Below are positions 9,837-19,781 of a stretch of DNA of 64,000 bases, piece by piece. The stretch covers positions 1,664,001-1,728,000 of the forward strand of contig CBDCOH010000002.1 of the NCBI GenBank assembly GCA_965219685.1, given 5' to 3'. This stretch comes from Candidatus Spongiisociaceae bacterium. Lineage in GTDB: Bacteria > Actinomycetota > Acidimicrobiia > Spongiisociales > Spongiisociaceae. The first letter of the stretch is position 1, and each line of letters starts with the position of its first letter. The notes under the pieces were generated by a model that worked only from the letters and a program-made list of their open reading frames with translations, searched no databases and was not told where the DNA came from. The position numbers and the translations under genes were made by a program.

Positions 9837-10582
9837 TCCGTCGCGGTCGGAACGATCGGGATGGTCTTGAGTGCTCCGACCCGCTCCAGCAGGCGGGGTG
9901 CCAACGTCTTCATCCTGTCCTTGGTCCACCGGTCGGTAGGTCCGGTGATGGAGACGGCTACCGGGTCCAGGTTGCTCCCGAGGCGGAAGCCGAAACCCAA
10001 GCAGCAGACTCCCAGGCGGCCTTCCTCGAAGTCGAGGCTGTACCCGCGGTCTCGGGTGCGCCGCACCTCGGCCACCAGGTCGTCGGCCGACGTGATGGAA
10101 AAGGGCGTTAGCCCTACCAGATCGAGCTTCACCACCAGGGACTCCAACTCGTCGTCGGCGAGAACCGACAGGTACGCCTTGCCGAGGCCGGAGGTATGCA
10201 TGGCGTCCCGGCTACCCAGCTGGCAGGAGACTCGCAGGGGGTTGGGACTGTCCACCCGACCGACGATCAGCATTTCCTGGCCATGGGGCACCGCCACGTG
10301 CACGGTCTCCCCGGAAATGTCGCGAAGCTCCTCCGCCAGTTGGAGCGCCTGCCGGAGAGAGGTCCCCGCGGCGGCCGCCTGACCGACGGCGATCAGATGG
10401 GGGCTCACCATGTAGGACCTACGGTCGTCGAGCACGATCCAGTCAAGTTCCCGCAGGGTGTTGAGCAGGCGCAGGGCGTTCGACTTGTGCACACCGATCT
10501 CGGAGGCCACATCGTCGAGCCTCACCCTTCCCTCGCGAGCGACGTACTCAACCGCACGGACTACCCGAGCCACGGTCTCCAT
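9809..10582 (-). CDS. IclR family transcriptional regulator
   Basis: wHTH (IGVHKSNALRLLNTL), SGETVH, SGLGKAYL, TRDRGYS, AVSITGP. Confidence 0.9.
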   Translation of the reverse strand: METVARVVRAVEYVAREGRVRLDDVASEIGVHKSNALRLLNTLRELDWIVLDDRRSYMVSPHLIAVGQAAAAGTSLRQALQLAEELRDISGETVHVAVPHGQEMLIVGRVDSPNPLRVSCQLGSRDAMHTSGLGKAYLSVLADDELESLVVKLDLVGLTPFSITSADDLVAEVRRTRDRGYSLDFEEGRLGVCCLGFGFRLGSNLDPVAVSITGPTDRWTKDRMKTLAPRLLERVGALKTIPIVPTATDQSVSSRIR

Positions 10583-10720
10583 AAGAACCACTGCTCCTCC
10601 CTCGCGCGGCATCAGAACAGTAATCGATGGAATCCCCGAGAGAAACCCTTGCGCAAGAGCCGCCACTCCCGACCACTTGACACGTTCGAGAGGCGGGCAC
10701 CAGAATTACCCACGCAAACG

Positions 10721-10739
10721 GGTTGCGCTGAGCGCAACC
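10721..10739. promoter_or_regulatory. Palindromic operator candidate (copy 2), likely IclR site
   Basis: GGTTGCGC-TGA-GCGCAACC perfect palindrome between the divergent IclR gene and ABC operon. Confidence 0.6.
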
Positions 10740-10784
10740 GCGTAGCTTATTCGGAGACTGGACCCTTTCACGGAGGAGGACTCG

Positions 10785-11999
10785 ATGAGGATTCGGGGAC
10801 GCGTTATTACGACGCTCGTGGCACTCGCTCTCGTGGTGGCGGCATGCGGCGAGGACGAGCCGGCGCCCACGACCGCAGCCGCGACAACGGCAGCGCCCAC
10901 GACCGCAGCCGCGACGACCGCGGCGCCGGCCACCACGGAGGCGATGGCCGAGGAGGCCATGAGCGCCTGTGAGGGGGCTACCTTGAGCTTCATCGGGCTC
11001 GACGGGGAGGCAGGAGAGGTCGAACTCGAGGCGTGGCGGGACGCTAACAACGTCGCCCTCGAAACCCATTGGCCGGGCAACTGGCCCCAGTTCGTCACCG
11101 CCATCAAGGTGGGCGACGTCTACGACCTGGCGACCATCGCCTACTTCCAGGCGCAACGCCAGATCGAGGCAGGCCTGTTCCACCCGATCGACACCAGCCG
11201 GCTCTCGAACTGGGACAAGATGTTCGCCGGCCTGCGCGAGAACGTTTCGTTGCGCGGCCCCGACGGTCAGGTGTACGGCGTGCCGATCGCCTGGGGCGAC
11301 GGTCCCTACATCTATCATCCCGAACGTGTCCCCAACCCGCCCGTGTCGATTCTCGAACTGGCCGAGCCGGAGTGGGAAGGCCGCTTCACCCTGTTCGACT
11401 CGGCGATCTGGCTGTTCTCGATGCTGGCCGTCGCGCTCGAGTTCGACGACGGGGTCGGTGAGCTGACGTACGTCACGGACGACCAGATGGAGGAGATCAA
11501 GGCCGAAGCGATCAAGATCGTGAGGAACGCGGCCGGATTTACCAACGGATACCGCGAGGCCACCGACGTGATCGTCGCAGGCGACTCGGACCTCAACATC
11601 AACGGTTGGGAAGCCATGCTCACCTGGGCGGAGGAGCAGGGTGAGACCCTCGACTTCGACTTCTTCGTGGAGTCGGGCGGAGGCGGCTGGTGGGACGGTC
11701 TCGCCATCCCCGTCACCGCGGACGACATCGAATGTGCCTACGAGTACATCGACCTGATGATCTCCGACGAGATAAACGCCCAGGTGGGCGAGAACCTGGT
11801 CTCGGGGGTCGTCAACGAGGTGTCGGCCGAACTGGCCGGTCCGGGCGCCCAGATATACGACTACGACCTGGTGCGGCCGGAAGTGCCGGAAGTGTCGTTC
11901 CGTGACCAGTCCCCACCGGAGGACGACGCAGCCGAGGAAGGCATCGCCTCGTACTCCGACTGGCTGGAGACCTGGGAGGAAGTCAAGGCAGAGCTGTAG
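10785..11999 (+). CDS. PotD/PotF-like ABC substrate-binding lipoprotein
   Basis: Lipobox VAAC, Thr/Ala linker, YGVPIAWG, WWDGLAIP. Confidence 0.85.
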   Translation: MRIRGRVITTLVALALVVAACGEDEPAPTTAAATTAAPTTAAATTAAPATTEAMAEEAMSACEGATLSFIGLDGEAGEVELEAWRDANNVALETHWPGNWPQFVTAIKVGDVYDLATIAYFQAQRQIEAGLFHPIDTSRLSNWDKMFAGLRENVSLRGPDGQVYGVPIAWGDGPYIYHPERVPNPPVSILELAEPEWEGRFTLFDSAIWLFSMLAVALEFDDGVGELTYVTDDQMEEIKAEAIKIVRNAAGFTNGYREATDVIVAGDSDLNINGWEAMLTWAEEQGETLDFDFFVESGGGGWWDGLAIPVTADDIECAYEYIDLMISDEINAQVGENLVSGVVNEVSAELAGPGAQIYDYDLVRPEVPEVSFRDQSPPEDDAAEEGIASYSDWLETWEEVKAEL

Positions 12000-12032
12000 A
12001 GGCGGACCTGCTCTCAGGTATATCCTGGAAGA

Positions 12033-12953
12033 GTGACAGATCTGACCGGAGAACCTCCGCGGGTGGACGACTCGGTGTCGTCCGCCGCGGGGGTTCTCGT
12101 CCGCAAGCGGCGCCGCGACCGGGTGGTGGCATGGCTCCAGTTGCTGCCGGGATCGGCGTTCTTCATCGCCTTCTTCCTGGTGCCCCTGCTGGGTCTGCTG
12201 GCGATGAGCTTCTTCAGGCTGGTCGACTTCGAGCCGGTCGCCGACTTCACCATCTCCAACTACGTCGAGGTCCTGACCAACAGCGTGCATGCCAGGCTGG
12301 CGTTGCGAACCGTACAAGCCGCGACGATCGTCACCGCGATCGTCCTCCTCGTCAGCTTCCCGTTCGCCTACACGTTGAACTTCGTGTTCAGGAGACACCG
12401 ACAGATCCTGTTCTTCCTGGTCCTGGTCAGCCTGTTCGGCGGGTACATCGTCCGGATCTACGCATGGCGGAGCATCCTGGGCAACCAGGGTGTGATCAAC
12501 CAGGGTCTCATGGCCCTGAGCATCGTGGACGAACCCGTCCGCCAACTCCTCAACAGCATGTACGCGGTGGGGGCGTCGCTGGTCAACTTCCTCGTCCCGC
12601 TCGGTGTGCTGCCGATCTACGCGGCGATGCAGAACGTCTCGCCGGGAATAGCCGAGGCCGCCCGCGACCTCGGTGCGTCGCGAATGCGGGCTGCCCGCCA
12701 GATCGTCCTGCCCCTGTCGATGCGAGGGGTACGGGCAGCCGCCGCGTTCGTGTTCATCGCCACCCTCGGCGAATGGGTCACTCCCCGACTGCTCGGAGGC
12801 ACCGAGGACCTGCTCATCGGCAACCGTATCGAGTACTACTTCGGATCGTCGCTCGAGTGGCCAGCCGGCGCCGCGCTCGCCATCACGCTGATCGTGGCGA
12901 TGGGCGTCGCCGCGTACGCCATCATGTCCCTGATGAAACGGTTGGCGCGATGA
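12033..12953 (+). CDS. PotB-like ABC permease
   Basis: TM helices, EAARDLGAS EAA loop, TPRLLGG. Confidence 0.85.
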   Translation: MTDLTGEPPRVDDSVSSAAGVLVRKRRRDRVVAWLQLLPGSAFFIAFFLVPLLGLLAMSFFRLVDFEPVADFTISNYVEVLTNSVHARLALRTVQAATIVTAIVLLVSFPFAYTLNFVFRRHRQILFFLVLVSLFGGYIVRIYAWRSILGNQGVINQGLMALSIVDEPVRQLLNSMYAVGASLVNFLVPLGVLPIYAAMQNVSPGIAEAARDLGASRMRAARQIVLPLSMRGVRAAAAFVFIATLGEWVTPRLLGGTEDLLIGNRIEYYFGSSLEWPAGAALAITLIVAMGVAAYAIMSLMKRLAR

Positions 12954-13786
12954 CCGCGGCCGCGGCACCGGCACCGTCACCGGGAGGCTGGCGGCGAGGA
13001 CTCGCCAAGCTCCGGCGGCGGCCGATAGCGTCGGCCGGCTTCGTCGGTCTGGTTCTCATCTACCTGTTCGCGCCGCTGATCGTGATGGTGGCCTTCTCGT
13101 TCAACTCCTCCCCCCGGCTCAGCTTCCCCTTCGCCGGCGTGTCCCTGCGATGGTACGAGGAGATATTCACCGACACCCTGGTCCTTCGGGCGTTTCGCAG
13201 GAGCCTGCAAGCTGCGGTGGTTACCGCCGGAATCACCGGAATCCTGGGTCTGCTGGCAGGGCTGGGCATCCTCAAGATCGCCAAGCGAGCCAGAGGGTTC
13301 ATCCTGGCCATCTCGGCTGCTCCGCTCGCAGTGCCCGGGCTCCTGTTCTCGATCGGCTTGGCGATCATGTACCGGCAGTTGGGCTTCGACCGCTCGATCT
13401 GGGCGGCGACTCTAGGACATGCCCTGATCGCCCTACCATTCGTGTTCCTGGTGGTCGGCGCCTCGCTCGAGCGGTTCCGCTTCACGCTGATCGAAGCCGC
13501 CCAGGATCTAGGCGCAACGCGCTGGCATGCGTTCCGCACCGTCACCCTTCCACTGATCCTGCCTGCCGTCCTCGGTGCGATGATGCTCGCCGCGGCCATC
13601 TCCATCGACGACTTCGTTATCGCCTTCTTCACCGCCGGGCAGGACAAGACGCTGCCTCTCATCATGTACGGGAGGGTTCTGAAGGGCATAGATCCCACCC
13701 TGAACGCGATCGGTACAGTGATGCTCGTGCTGACCACCAGCCTGGCCTTCATGGCCGCCCGCCGGACGACTATCGGTGAACGATGA
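12950..13786 (+). CDS. PotC-like ABC permease
   Basis: FSFN, SLRWY, EAAQDLGAT, SIDDF; ATGA overlap with the previous gene. Confidence 0.85.
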   Translation: MTAAAAPAPSPGGWRRGLAKLRRRPIASAGFVGLVLIYLFAPLIVMVAFSFNSSPRLSFPFAGVSLRWYEEIFTDTLVLRAFRRSLQAAVVTAGITGILGLLAGLGILKIAKRARGFILAISAAPLAVPGLLFSIGLAIMYRQLGFDRSIWAATLGHALIALPFVFLVVGASLERFRFTLIEAAQDLGATRWHAFRTVTLPLILPAVLGAMMLAAAISIDDFVIAFFTAGQDKTLPLIMYGRVLKGIDPTLNAIGTVMLVLTTSLAFMAARRTTIGER

Positions 13787-14913
13787 GCGACGCATCGCGA
13801 CAGGCCGATCCTCCCGCCATCCGTCTCGATGGGGTGACCAAGCGCTTCGGAGGCGTGATGGCGGTCGACAACGTCACCCTCGAGATAGAGGAGGGCGAGT
13901 TCTTCTCGCTCCTCGGACCGAGCGGCTGCGGCAAGACCACCACACTTCGCATACTGGCCGGTTTCGAGACACCCGATGAGGGTTCCGTCTACCTGCGGGG
14001 CGAGGACGTGACGCTGGTGCAGCCCAACAGGCGGGCGACCAACATGGTCTTCCAGAACTACGAGTTGTTCCCCCACATGACGGTGTTCAACAACGTGGCG
14101 TACGGCCTCAAGCTCAAGAAGGTCCCGAAACGGGAGATCACCCAGCGGGTCAACGAGATGCTCGAGGTGGTCGGAGTGGGCGGGCTCGGCAAGCGGGCGG
14201 CCGACCAGCTGTCGGGTGGCCAGCAACAGCGGGTCGCGCTGGCCAGAGCGCTGATCAACCGTCCCGCGGTCCTGCTGCTCGATGAACCCCTGAGCGCGCT
14301 GGACGTGAAGCTACGGAAACGGATGCAACTGGAACTCAAGTCGATCCAGCACTCCCTCGGGACCACCTTCGTCTACGTGACCCACGACCAGGAGGAAGCC
14401 CTGCTGATGTCCGACCGGGTAGGGATCATGAATCAGGGCGTGCTCCTGCAGGTCGCCGCGCCGCGCAGCATCTACGAAAACCCGGCGGACGACTTCGTCG
14501 CCGACTTCGTGGGAACCTTGAACGAGATCACCATCCGGATCGAGAAGATCGACGGCGGGCGGGGGCTGGTGACCTCCGGTGACCGGGAGCGGATCTGGAT
14601 AGACGTAGGGGGCGGAGCGTCTGCCGGCCAGACCGTCAGGTTGGCCGTGCGGCCCGAAGCCCTGAAGATCACTCCCCTGGACCGCTGGGATGCCGCGACC
14701 GATCTGAGCTACGTCGACGGGACGGTGTCCGACGTCATCTATCTGGGCCCCTTCACGCAACTCCTCATCGAGAGCGACCGGCTCGGGAGGGTGGTCAGCC
14801 AGCAGGTGAGCGATGCCCGGGCGGCGGCGATACGACCCGGCATGGAGGTGATGGTCAGCTGGGATCCCGACACGGCATTCATGCTGGCCGGACCCGCGGC
14901 TGACAGTCGATGA
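13783..14913 (+). CDS. PotA-like ABC ATPase
   Basis: GPSGCGKT, LSGGQQQR, LLLDEP, YVTHDQEEA, C-terminal TOBE-like domain. Confidence 0.9.
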   Translation: MSDASRQADPPAIRLDGVTKRFGGVMAVDNVTLEIEEGEFFSLLGPSGCGKTTTLRILAGFETPDEGSVYLRGEDVTLVQPNRRATNMVFQNYELFPHMTVFNNVAYGLKLKKVPKREITQRVNEMLEVVGVGGLGKRAADQLSGGQQQRVALARALINRPAVLLLDEPLSALDVKLRKRMQLELKSIQHSLGTTFVYVTHDQEEALLMSDRVGIMNQGVLLQVAAPRSIYENPADDFVADFVGTLNEITIRIEKIDGGRGLVTSGDRERIWIDVGGGASAGQTVRLAVRPEALKITPLDRWDAATDLSYVDGTVSDVIYLGPFTQLLIESDRLGRVVSQQVSDARAAAIRPGMEVMVSWDPDTAFMLAGPAADSR

Positions 14914-15836
14914 CCGGAGACGGCGACCCCGTCCCCTCCATCGGCCGCGACGTCGTCGGTTACAGCTACACCGCCGACCAGGCTCCCCGCCTGACCGTCG
15001 AGGCGGGCGCGACCGTCCGGTTCGAGACCTGGGACGCGCGGGCCGGCGCGCTCCTCGACCGCGAAGCGGGAAGGCCGTTCGAGTTGCCGCGACCCACTCC
15101 GGGGCGAGGCAACCCGCTGACCGGACCCCTGGCGGTAAGGGGCGCCGAGCCCGGCGATGCGCTCCTGGTGACGATCGAGGGCATAGAGTGCATCTCCCCC
15201 GGATGGTGCGGTGGGCACGCGCACGTGGGACCCCTCCCCGCTGGGCGGATTCCTCGCCCCCGCGGACGGGTGTGCACGCACGACGGCGAGTTCGTCCACT
15301 TCGCCGAGGACGTGCAACTACCCCTCTCGCCGATGGTCGGCTGCATAGGGACGGCGGTGCCCGACGACCCGCCGAACGCGGGCCTTCCCGGCCGCCACGG
15401 CGGCAACCTGGACCATCCCGTCGTCACCACGGGGGCGGTGCTACATCTCCCCGTCTTCGTCGGCGGAGGGCTCCTGTACGTCGGCGATGTTCACGCCGCG
15501 CAGGGCGACGGTGAGCTCTCGGGAATCGGTTTGGAGATCCCGGCCGAGGTCACGGTGACGGTCGACCTCGATCGCGGCCGGGGCCTCAGATGGCCGTGGG
15601 TCGTGACCGAGGAACGCGTGATCGTCATGACCTCGGCCCTCGAGTTTGCGGATGCGAGACGGGAAGCCGTGGAACAGATCGTTCGAGTCCTCGAGACACA
15701 ACTCGGCTACGAGCCGGCAGATGCTCTCGGCCTCATCTCCGTCGCCGGCGACCTGCGGATCGGCCAGGCGTTCGGCGGGATGGAGATGACCCTGCGACTC
15801 GAGATGCCGAGTTCGCTGGGCATAGTGCCCGGATAG
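14910..15836 (+). CDS. Acetamidase/formamidase family protein
   Basis: NPLTGP, GAEPGD, HGGNLD, GDVHAAQGDGE. Confidence 0.9.
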   Translation: MTGDGDPVPSIGRDVVGYSYTADQAPRLTVEAGATVRFETWDARAGALLDREAGRPFELPRPTPGRGNPLTGPLAVRGAEPGDALLVTIEGIECISPGWCGGHAHVGPLPAGRIPRPRGRVCTHDGEFVHFAEDVQLPLSPMVGCIGTAVPDDPPNAGLPGRHGGNLDHPVVTTGAVLHLPVFVGGGLLYVGDVHAAQGDGELSGIGLEIPAEVTVTVDLDRGRGLRWPWVVTEERVIVMTSALEFADARREAVEQIVRVLETQLGYEPADALGLISVAGDLRIGQAFGGMEMTLRLEMPSSLGIVPG

Positions 15837-15849
15837 GAGGACGGTCCAA

Positions 15850-16383
15850 GTCGAACGCTGTCTGATACTGCTCCGGGGCATCAACGTCGGGGGCCACAAT
15901 CGGGTACCGATGGCGGAACTCCGGTCGAGGCTGGCCGACGCGGGCTACTCCGACGTGGTCACGGTTCTCGCGACCGGGAACGTGATCGTTTCGAGCCAAT
16001 CGCAGCGTCCCCGCGAGGTCGCCGCCATCGTGCAGCAGTTGCTCAGCGACGCGTTCGATGTCAAGGTTCCCTGCGTCGCGCGGACCGCGGGCCAGGTTCG
16101 CGGGGTGCTCGATCACGATCCGTTGCGGGAAGTCGTCTCGAACCCGTCGCTGTACCTGGTGAACTTCCTCTCCGAGGAACCCGCTCCGTCGTTGGTGGAG
16201 GCGTTGCTGGCGGAGGACCGCAGCCCCGAGGTCATCGCGATCGAAGGAACAGAGGCATACGTCTGGAGCCCCCATGGGGTCAGGGCCATGACCCTCTCGT
16301 ATGCGTACCTCGAGAAACGGCTCGGAGTCGTAGCCACCGCGCGCAACTGGAACACGGTGAAGAGGATCGCCGCCAAGCTCTGA
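15850..16383 (+). CDS. DUF1697 family protein (start codon non-canonical or mutated)
   Basis: Family N-terminal motif LLRGINVGGHNRVPM lies in frame upstream of the first ATG (15910); C-terminal ATARNWNTV. Confidence 0.75.
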   Translation, partial: VERCLILLRGINVGGHNRVPMAELRSRLADAGYSDVVTVLATGNVIVSSQSQRPREVAAIVQQLLSDAFDVKVPCVARTAGQVRGVLDHDPLREVVSNPSLYLVNFLSEEPAPSLVEALLAEDRSPEVIAIEGTEAYVWSPHGVRAMTLSYAYLEKRLGVVATARNWNTVKRIAAKL

Positions 16384-16410
16384 TCCGGATCACTCGCGAT
16401 ACGCCGGCAT

Positions 16411-17436
16411 CTACACGCACCGCGCCACGACCGCGATGTGTTGGCCCTGCTGCACGGGCGCTCGCCAGGCGGCCGCTATCAGATAGCCGTCCACGCCGGC
16501 GCGCACCTGCCAGGGATCGTCGTCGATGCGATTGAAGTCGTGGAGCAGACCGATCACCTGGCCTTCTACGACGCCCGATCCGCACTCGAGGAGGGGTTCG
16601 AAATGTCCCGGCCAGGGCGCCGGCACATAGCACTCCCGGGCGACCGCCTCGACCACTCGCTGCGTTCCGGCCGCGTGGTGGGCTATCCGTTCTACGTCGA
16701 CGTTCATCTGACCGGCGAGGACCGCAGCCGCTACCACACCGTGGCGGGCGTAGCGAACGCCGTCGGGGCTCACCGAAGCACCCCAGCCGAACTCACCTCC
16801 CACCGAGATCTTCCCGGCTCGCTCGGCGTCGCTGGTCAGCAGGCCGGGAGTCCGGTCCTGGTAGGTGAGGATGAAGGGCACACCGAACCACCGGGCCATC
16901 TCGAGCATCGACGCTGCTTGCTGCACGTCGGGAACCCGATGGAAACTGGTCAGGGCTGCGAAACGGGCCACGTCGCCCCCGGCGTGGAGGTCGATCACTA
17001 CATGCACGTGGGGCCAGATACTGGTTCGTACGAAATCGGCGATGCGGTGCGTGATCCCGGAGAGGGCCTCGGAACGACCGGCTTCATCGACGAAGGCTCG
17101 GTTGAGGTTGACTCCGTCGGCGCCCACGCTCTCCCTCCTGCCCGACCGGAAGGCCGGAGGACTCAGGACGGGAACCAGCACGACCCGGCCGGCCACCGTT
17201 GATACGTCGATCTCCCGGAGGAGGTGCTTGAGAGCAATCGGGCCCTCGTACTCGTCACCGTGCGTGGACCCGAACGCAACCAACCCCTGCCCATCCCGCG
17301 CCCGTGATCCGACCCAGACGGTGAGGGGTATCAACCATTCACCCCAGAGGGAGTCGTGCGGAAGGGCGATCCAGTAGTCACGGCGCCCGGGCGACTCGAG
17401 GTCGAGGCCACCGGGTTCGACCACCCTCCTAGTCAC
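16411..17436 (-). CDS. Succinylglutamate desuccinylase/aspartoacylase family protein
   Basis: HGDEYEG, NLNRAF, IDLHAGG, GEFG. GTG start follows GGAGG. Confidence 0.85.
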   Translation of the reverse strand: MTRRVVEPGGLDLESPGRRDYWIALPHDSLWGEWLIPLTVWVGSRARDGQGLVAFGSTHGDEYEGPIALKHLLREIDVSTVAGRVVLVPVLSPPAFRSGRRESVGADGVNLNRAFVDEAGRSEALSGITHRIADFVRTSIWPHVHVVIDLHAGGDVARFAALTSFHRVPDVQQAASMLEMARWFGVPFILTYQDRTPGLLTSDAERAGKISVGGEFGWGASVSPDGVRYARHGVVAAAVLAGQMNVDVERIAHHAAGTQRVVEAVARECYVPAPWPGHFEPLLECGSGVVEGQVIGLLHDFNRIDDDPWQVRAGVDGYLIAAAWRAPVQQGQHIAVVARCV

Positions 17437-17507
17437 ATACCCTCCGGGATCCTTGGATCGAACGGCTTCGTGACTGCCACCTGCCGGCGCACCCGCCGGC
17501 AAGCCGG

Positions 17508-18680
17508 CTAATTGACACGGTGGTGCTCCACGAACCCGATGTCGACGGAGACGCCGAGCCCGGGCGCGTCCGGTACCGGCAACGTGCCGTCTTCGGTCAG
17601 AGTCATCGTCCCGCCGGTCACGCCGCGGCTCAGCCGGCTCTGCGCGGCGTTGAACTCCACGTAGCGCCCTCCGGGAAGGGTCGACATGAAGTGGACGCTG
17701 TAGGCATGGAGGAGGTCGGAGATCCACGAGTGCGTTATCACGTCTATGCCACGCTCGGCGGCCATCGCAGCGACCCGGGTCGCGACCGTGAGGCCGCCGC
17801 AGCGGGTGAGATCCGGCTGCAGGATGTCGACGCAGCCGCTATCGAGGTACCGCTCGAAGTCCCATATCGTGGTGAGTTGCTCCCCCGCTGCGACCGGGAC
17901 CGGGCTCCGCTCCCGCACGTAGGCGTAGTCCTCGACGTACTCGGGATGGATGAAGTCCTCCACCCAGACAGGGTTGAACGGGGCTACCCGCTCGCACAAC
18001 TCCAGGTTCTCACGGCGGGTTCGAAACCTCAGGCCGTCGGACCATCCGATGCCGTACCAGCCGGGGTCGACCATGAGATCCCTGCCGGGTCCCAACGCCT
18101 CCCGGATCGCGGCGAGGATCTCGACATCGCGACCGGGGTCCTCGCCGAAGGGACCCCAACCGAACTTGGCCGCCCGGTAGCCGGCTTCGACGAACTTGCG
18201 GGCTGCCCGGTAGTTGTCCTCGGGGTCGTCCCAGAAGAGGCTGGACGCGTATGCCGGCAGCGCCCCCCGCCGGCGACCGCCGAGCAGTTCGGAGAGCGGA
18301 GCCGCAGCGGCTTGGGCCTTGATCGACCAGAGGCAGTTGTCCACCGCTGACATGCAGTGCAACGCGATCCCCCTCCTGCCGTAGTAGGCGGTCCCGACGA
18401 ACATCTTGTTCCAGAGTCGTTCGATGTCCTCCGGATCCTCGCCCACGAGGATGTCCCTGAGGGTGTGGAAACCCGGCGGGCCCATGCTCACTCCCTGCAC
18501 TATCGAAGGAGCCGCGGTGGTGAGCGTCTCCACCTCGGACCATCCCACCAGGCCTTCGTCGGTCTCGACCCTGATCAACGCCAGCCAGTCACCCTGGTCG
18601 GTGGCGTCGGTCTCGCTCCTGCGCGTACCGTATGTCTCATCGCCTCGAAGGAGGATGCATTCGACGTCCGTGATGCGCAC
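17508..18680 (-). CDS. Mandelate racemase-subgroup enolase superfamily protein (acid-sugar dehydratase-like)
   Basis: AYAS, KFG, MVD, WVED, AGE, LQPD, THSW, VEF, APGLG. Confidence 0.85.
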   Translation of the reverse strand: MRITDVECILLRGDETYGTRRSETDATDQGDWLALIRVETDEGLVGWSEVETLTTAAPSIVQGVSMGPPGFHTLRDILVGEDPEDIERLWNKMFVGTAYYGRRGIALHCMSAVDNCLWSIKAQAAAAPLSELLGGRRRGALPAYASSLFWDDPEDNYRAARKFVEAGYRAAKFGWGPFGEDPGRDVEILAAIREALGPGRDLMVDPGWYGIGWSDGLRFRTRRENLELCERVAPFNPVWVEDFIHPEYVEDYAYVRERSPVPVAAGEQLTTIWDFERYLDSGCVDILQPDLTRCGGLTVATRVAAMAAERGIDVITHSWISDLLHAYSVHFMSTLPGGRYVEFNAAQSRLSRGVTGGTMTLTEDGTLPVPDAPGLGVSVDIGFVEHHRVN

Positions 18681-18796
18681 CGGTCGGTCGCCTTTCCTTC
18701 GCACGCTGGGTGACCGGACCGATTCTCTCATACGGCAGCAGCCGACGACCCCTGCCCAGCCCTCGGGCGCGGCCGAAGGCCGTTGTGGACGCCGGG

Positions 18797-19753
18797 TCAG
18801 CGGCCGGCGGCGGACCGGAGCAGGTCGAAGAGGCGGTCGACTTCGGCGGTGGTCTCCGGATCGAGGCGGAAACCCACCGGGCCGCGGACCCGGGCGCTCG
18901 CGAACACGCCCTGCCTGACGAGTAGATGCTTCTCGACGGCGATGAAGCCATCGAGTCCGGACTGCATCGACACGAGCGCGCTCAGGGGTCCGTTGATGGC
19001 GTCGATCCGACCCTCATCACCCGCCTCCAAGGCATCCCATAGGGCAACGATCGCCCAGCAGACCTCCGCTCCCGGCATGGTCCCGACGATCCCCCGCTTG
19101 TAGCTATCGACGAGGGCGATTCCGCCCGATCCCTCGAACACCCGGGCCCGCCCGCGCGTGGCCTCGCGCAGTTCGGAGAGCCTGGGACCGATCGGAACCG
19201 CCTCCGGTTTGAAGAGCACCCGGCCCCCGTACTCGTCGAGTAATCGGGCCTGGAGCCCGATGGACATGGGTCGACCCACGTATCCGCTGGCATCCTGTAT
19301 GACCACGGGCAGTGCGGTGGAATCGAGCAAGGCCCGGTAATAGTCCGCCAGTTGGTCGTCGAGGCATGGAACGGTCGTGGGAGGGATGGCCATGATGGCC
19401 GACGCTCCCACGCTCTGGGCGTGCCGGGCATAGTCGACGGCCACCTTCGTGCTCTCCGCACCGACGCTGATGATCACCGGTCCGTGCACGAGACCGATCT
19501 CGCATGCCATCTCGGCGAGAATCCGCCGCTCCCCGCTCGATAGCCTCAAGGTCTCCGACACCATCGCCATGACGATGCCATCAACCCCGTGCCCGTACAT
19601 CCATCGAATCTCGGTCTCCAATACGTCCTGATCGATCGAGTCGTCGTCACGGAAAGGTGTCTGGAAAACCGGAAAGACCCCGGACAGGGTCCCCGACCGC
19701 TCCGATAGCTCCGATCCGGTGCCCCCGCCGCTCAACGGACGCGTCTCTCGCAA
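18797..19753 (-). CDS. Dihydrodipicolinate synthase/N-acetylneuraminate lyase family aldolase (start uncertain)
   Basis: GVFPVFQTPF, E..RLS..ER, PVVIQD, Schiff-base Lys in FKPE. Confidence 0.8.
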   Translation of the reverse strand: MRETRPLSGGGTGSELSERSGTLSGVFPVFQTPFRDDDSIDQDVLETEIRWMYGHGVDGIVMAMVSETLRLSSGERRILAEMACEIGLVHGPVIISVGAESTKVAVDYARHAQSVGASAIMAIPPTTVPCLDDQLADYYRALLDSTALPVVIQDASGYVGRPMSIGLQARLLDEYGGRVLFKPEAVPIGPRLSELREATRGRARVFEGSGGIALVDSYKRGIVGTMPGAEVCWAIVALWDALEAGDEGRIDAINGPLSALVSMQSGLDGFIAVEKHLLVRQGVFASARVRGPVGFRLDPETTAEVDRLFDLLRSAAGR

Positions 19754-19781
19754 ACGGCGCCCGGAGGCCGTCCTTCACATG

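Noticed and set aside
10861-10940. Tandem ACC/GCC-rich repeats (also about 24727-24835)
   Set aside because: They encode the Thr/Ala/Pro linkers of lipoproteins; not CRISPR and not independent repeats.
10548-12980. 810-aa minus-strand ORF, and many similar long antisense or alternate-frame ORFs (e.g. 3371-5176, 56847-58355)
   Set aside because: Shadow ORFs of high-GC genes: no motifs, and fully overlapping well-supported genes.
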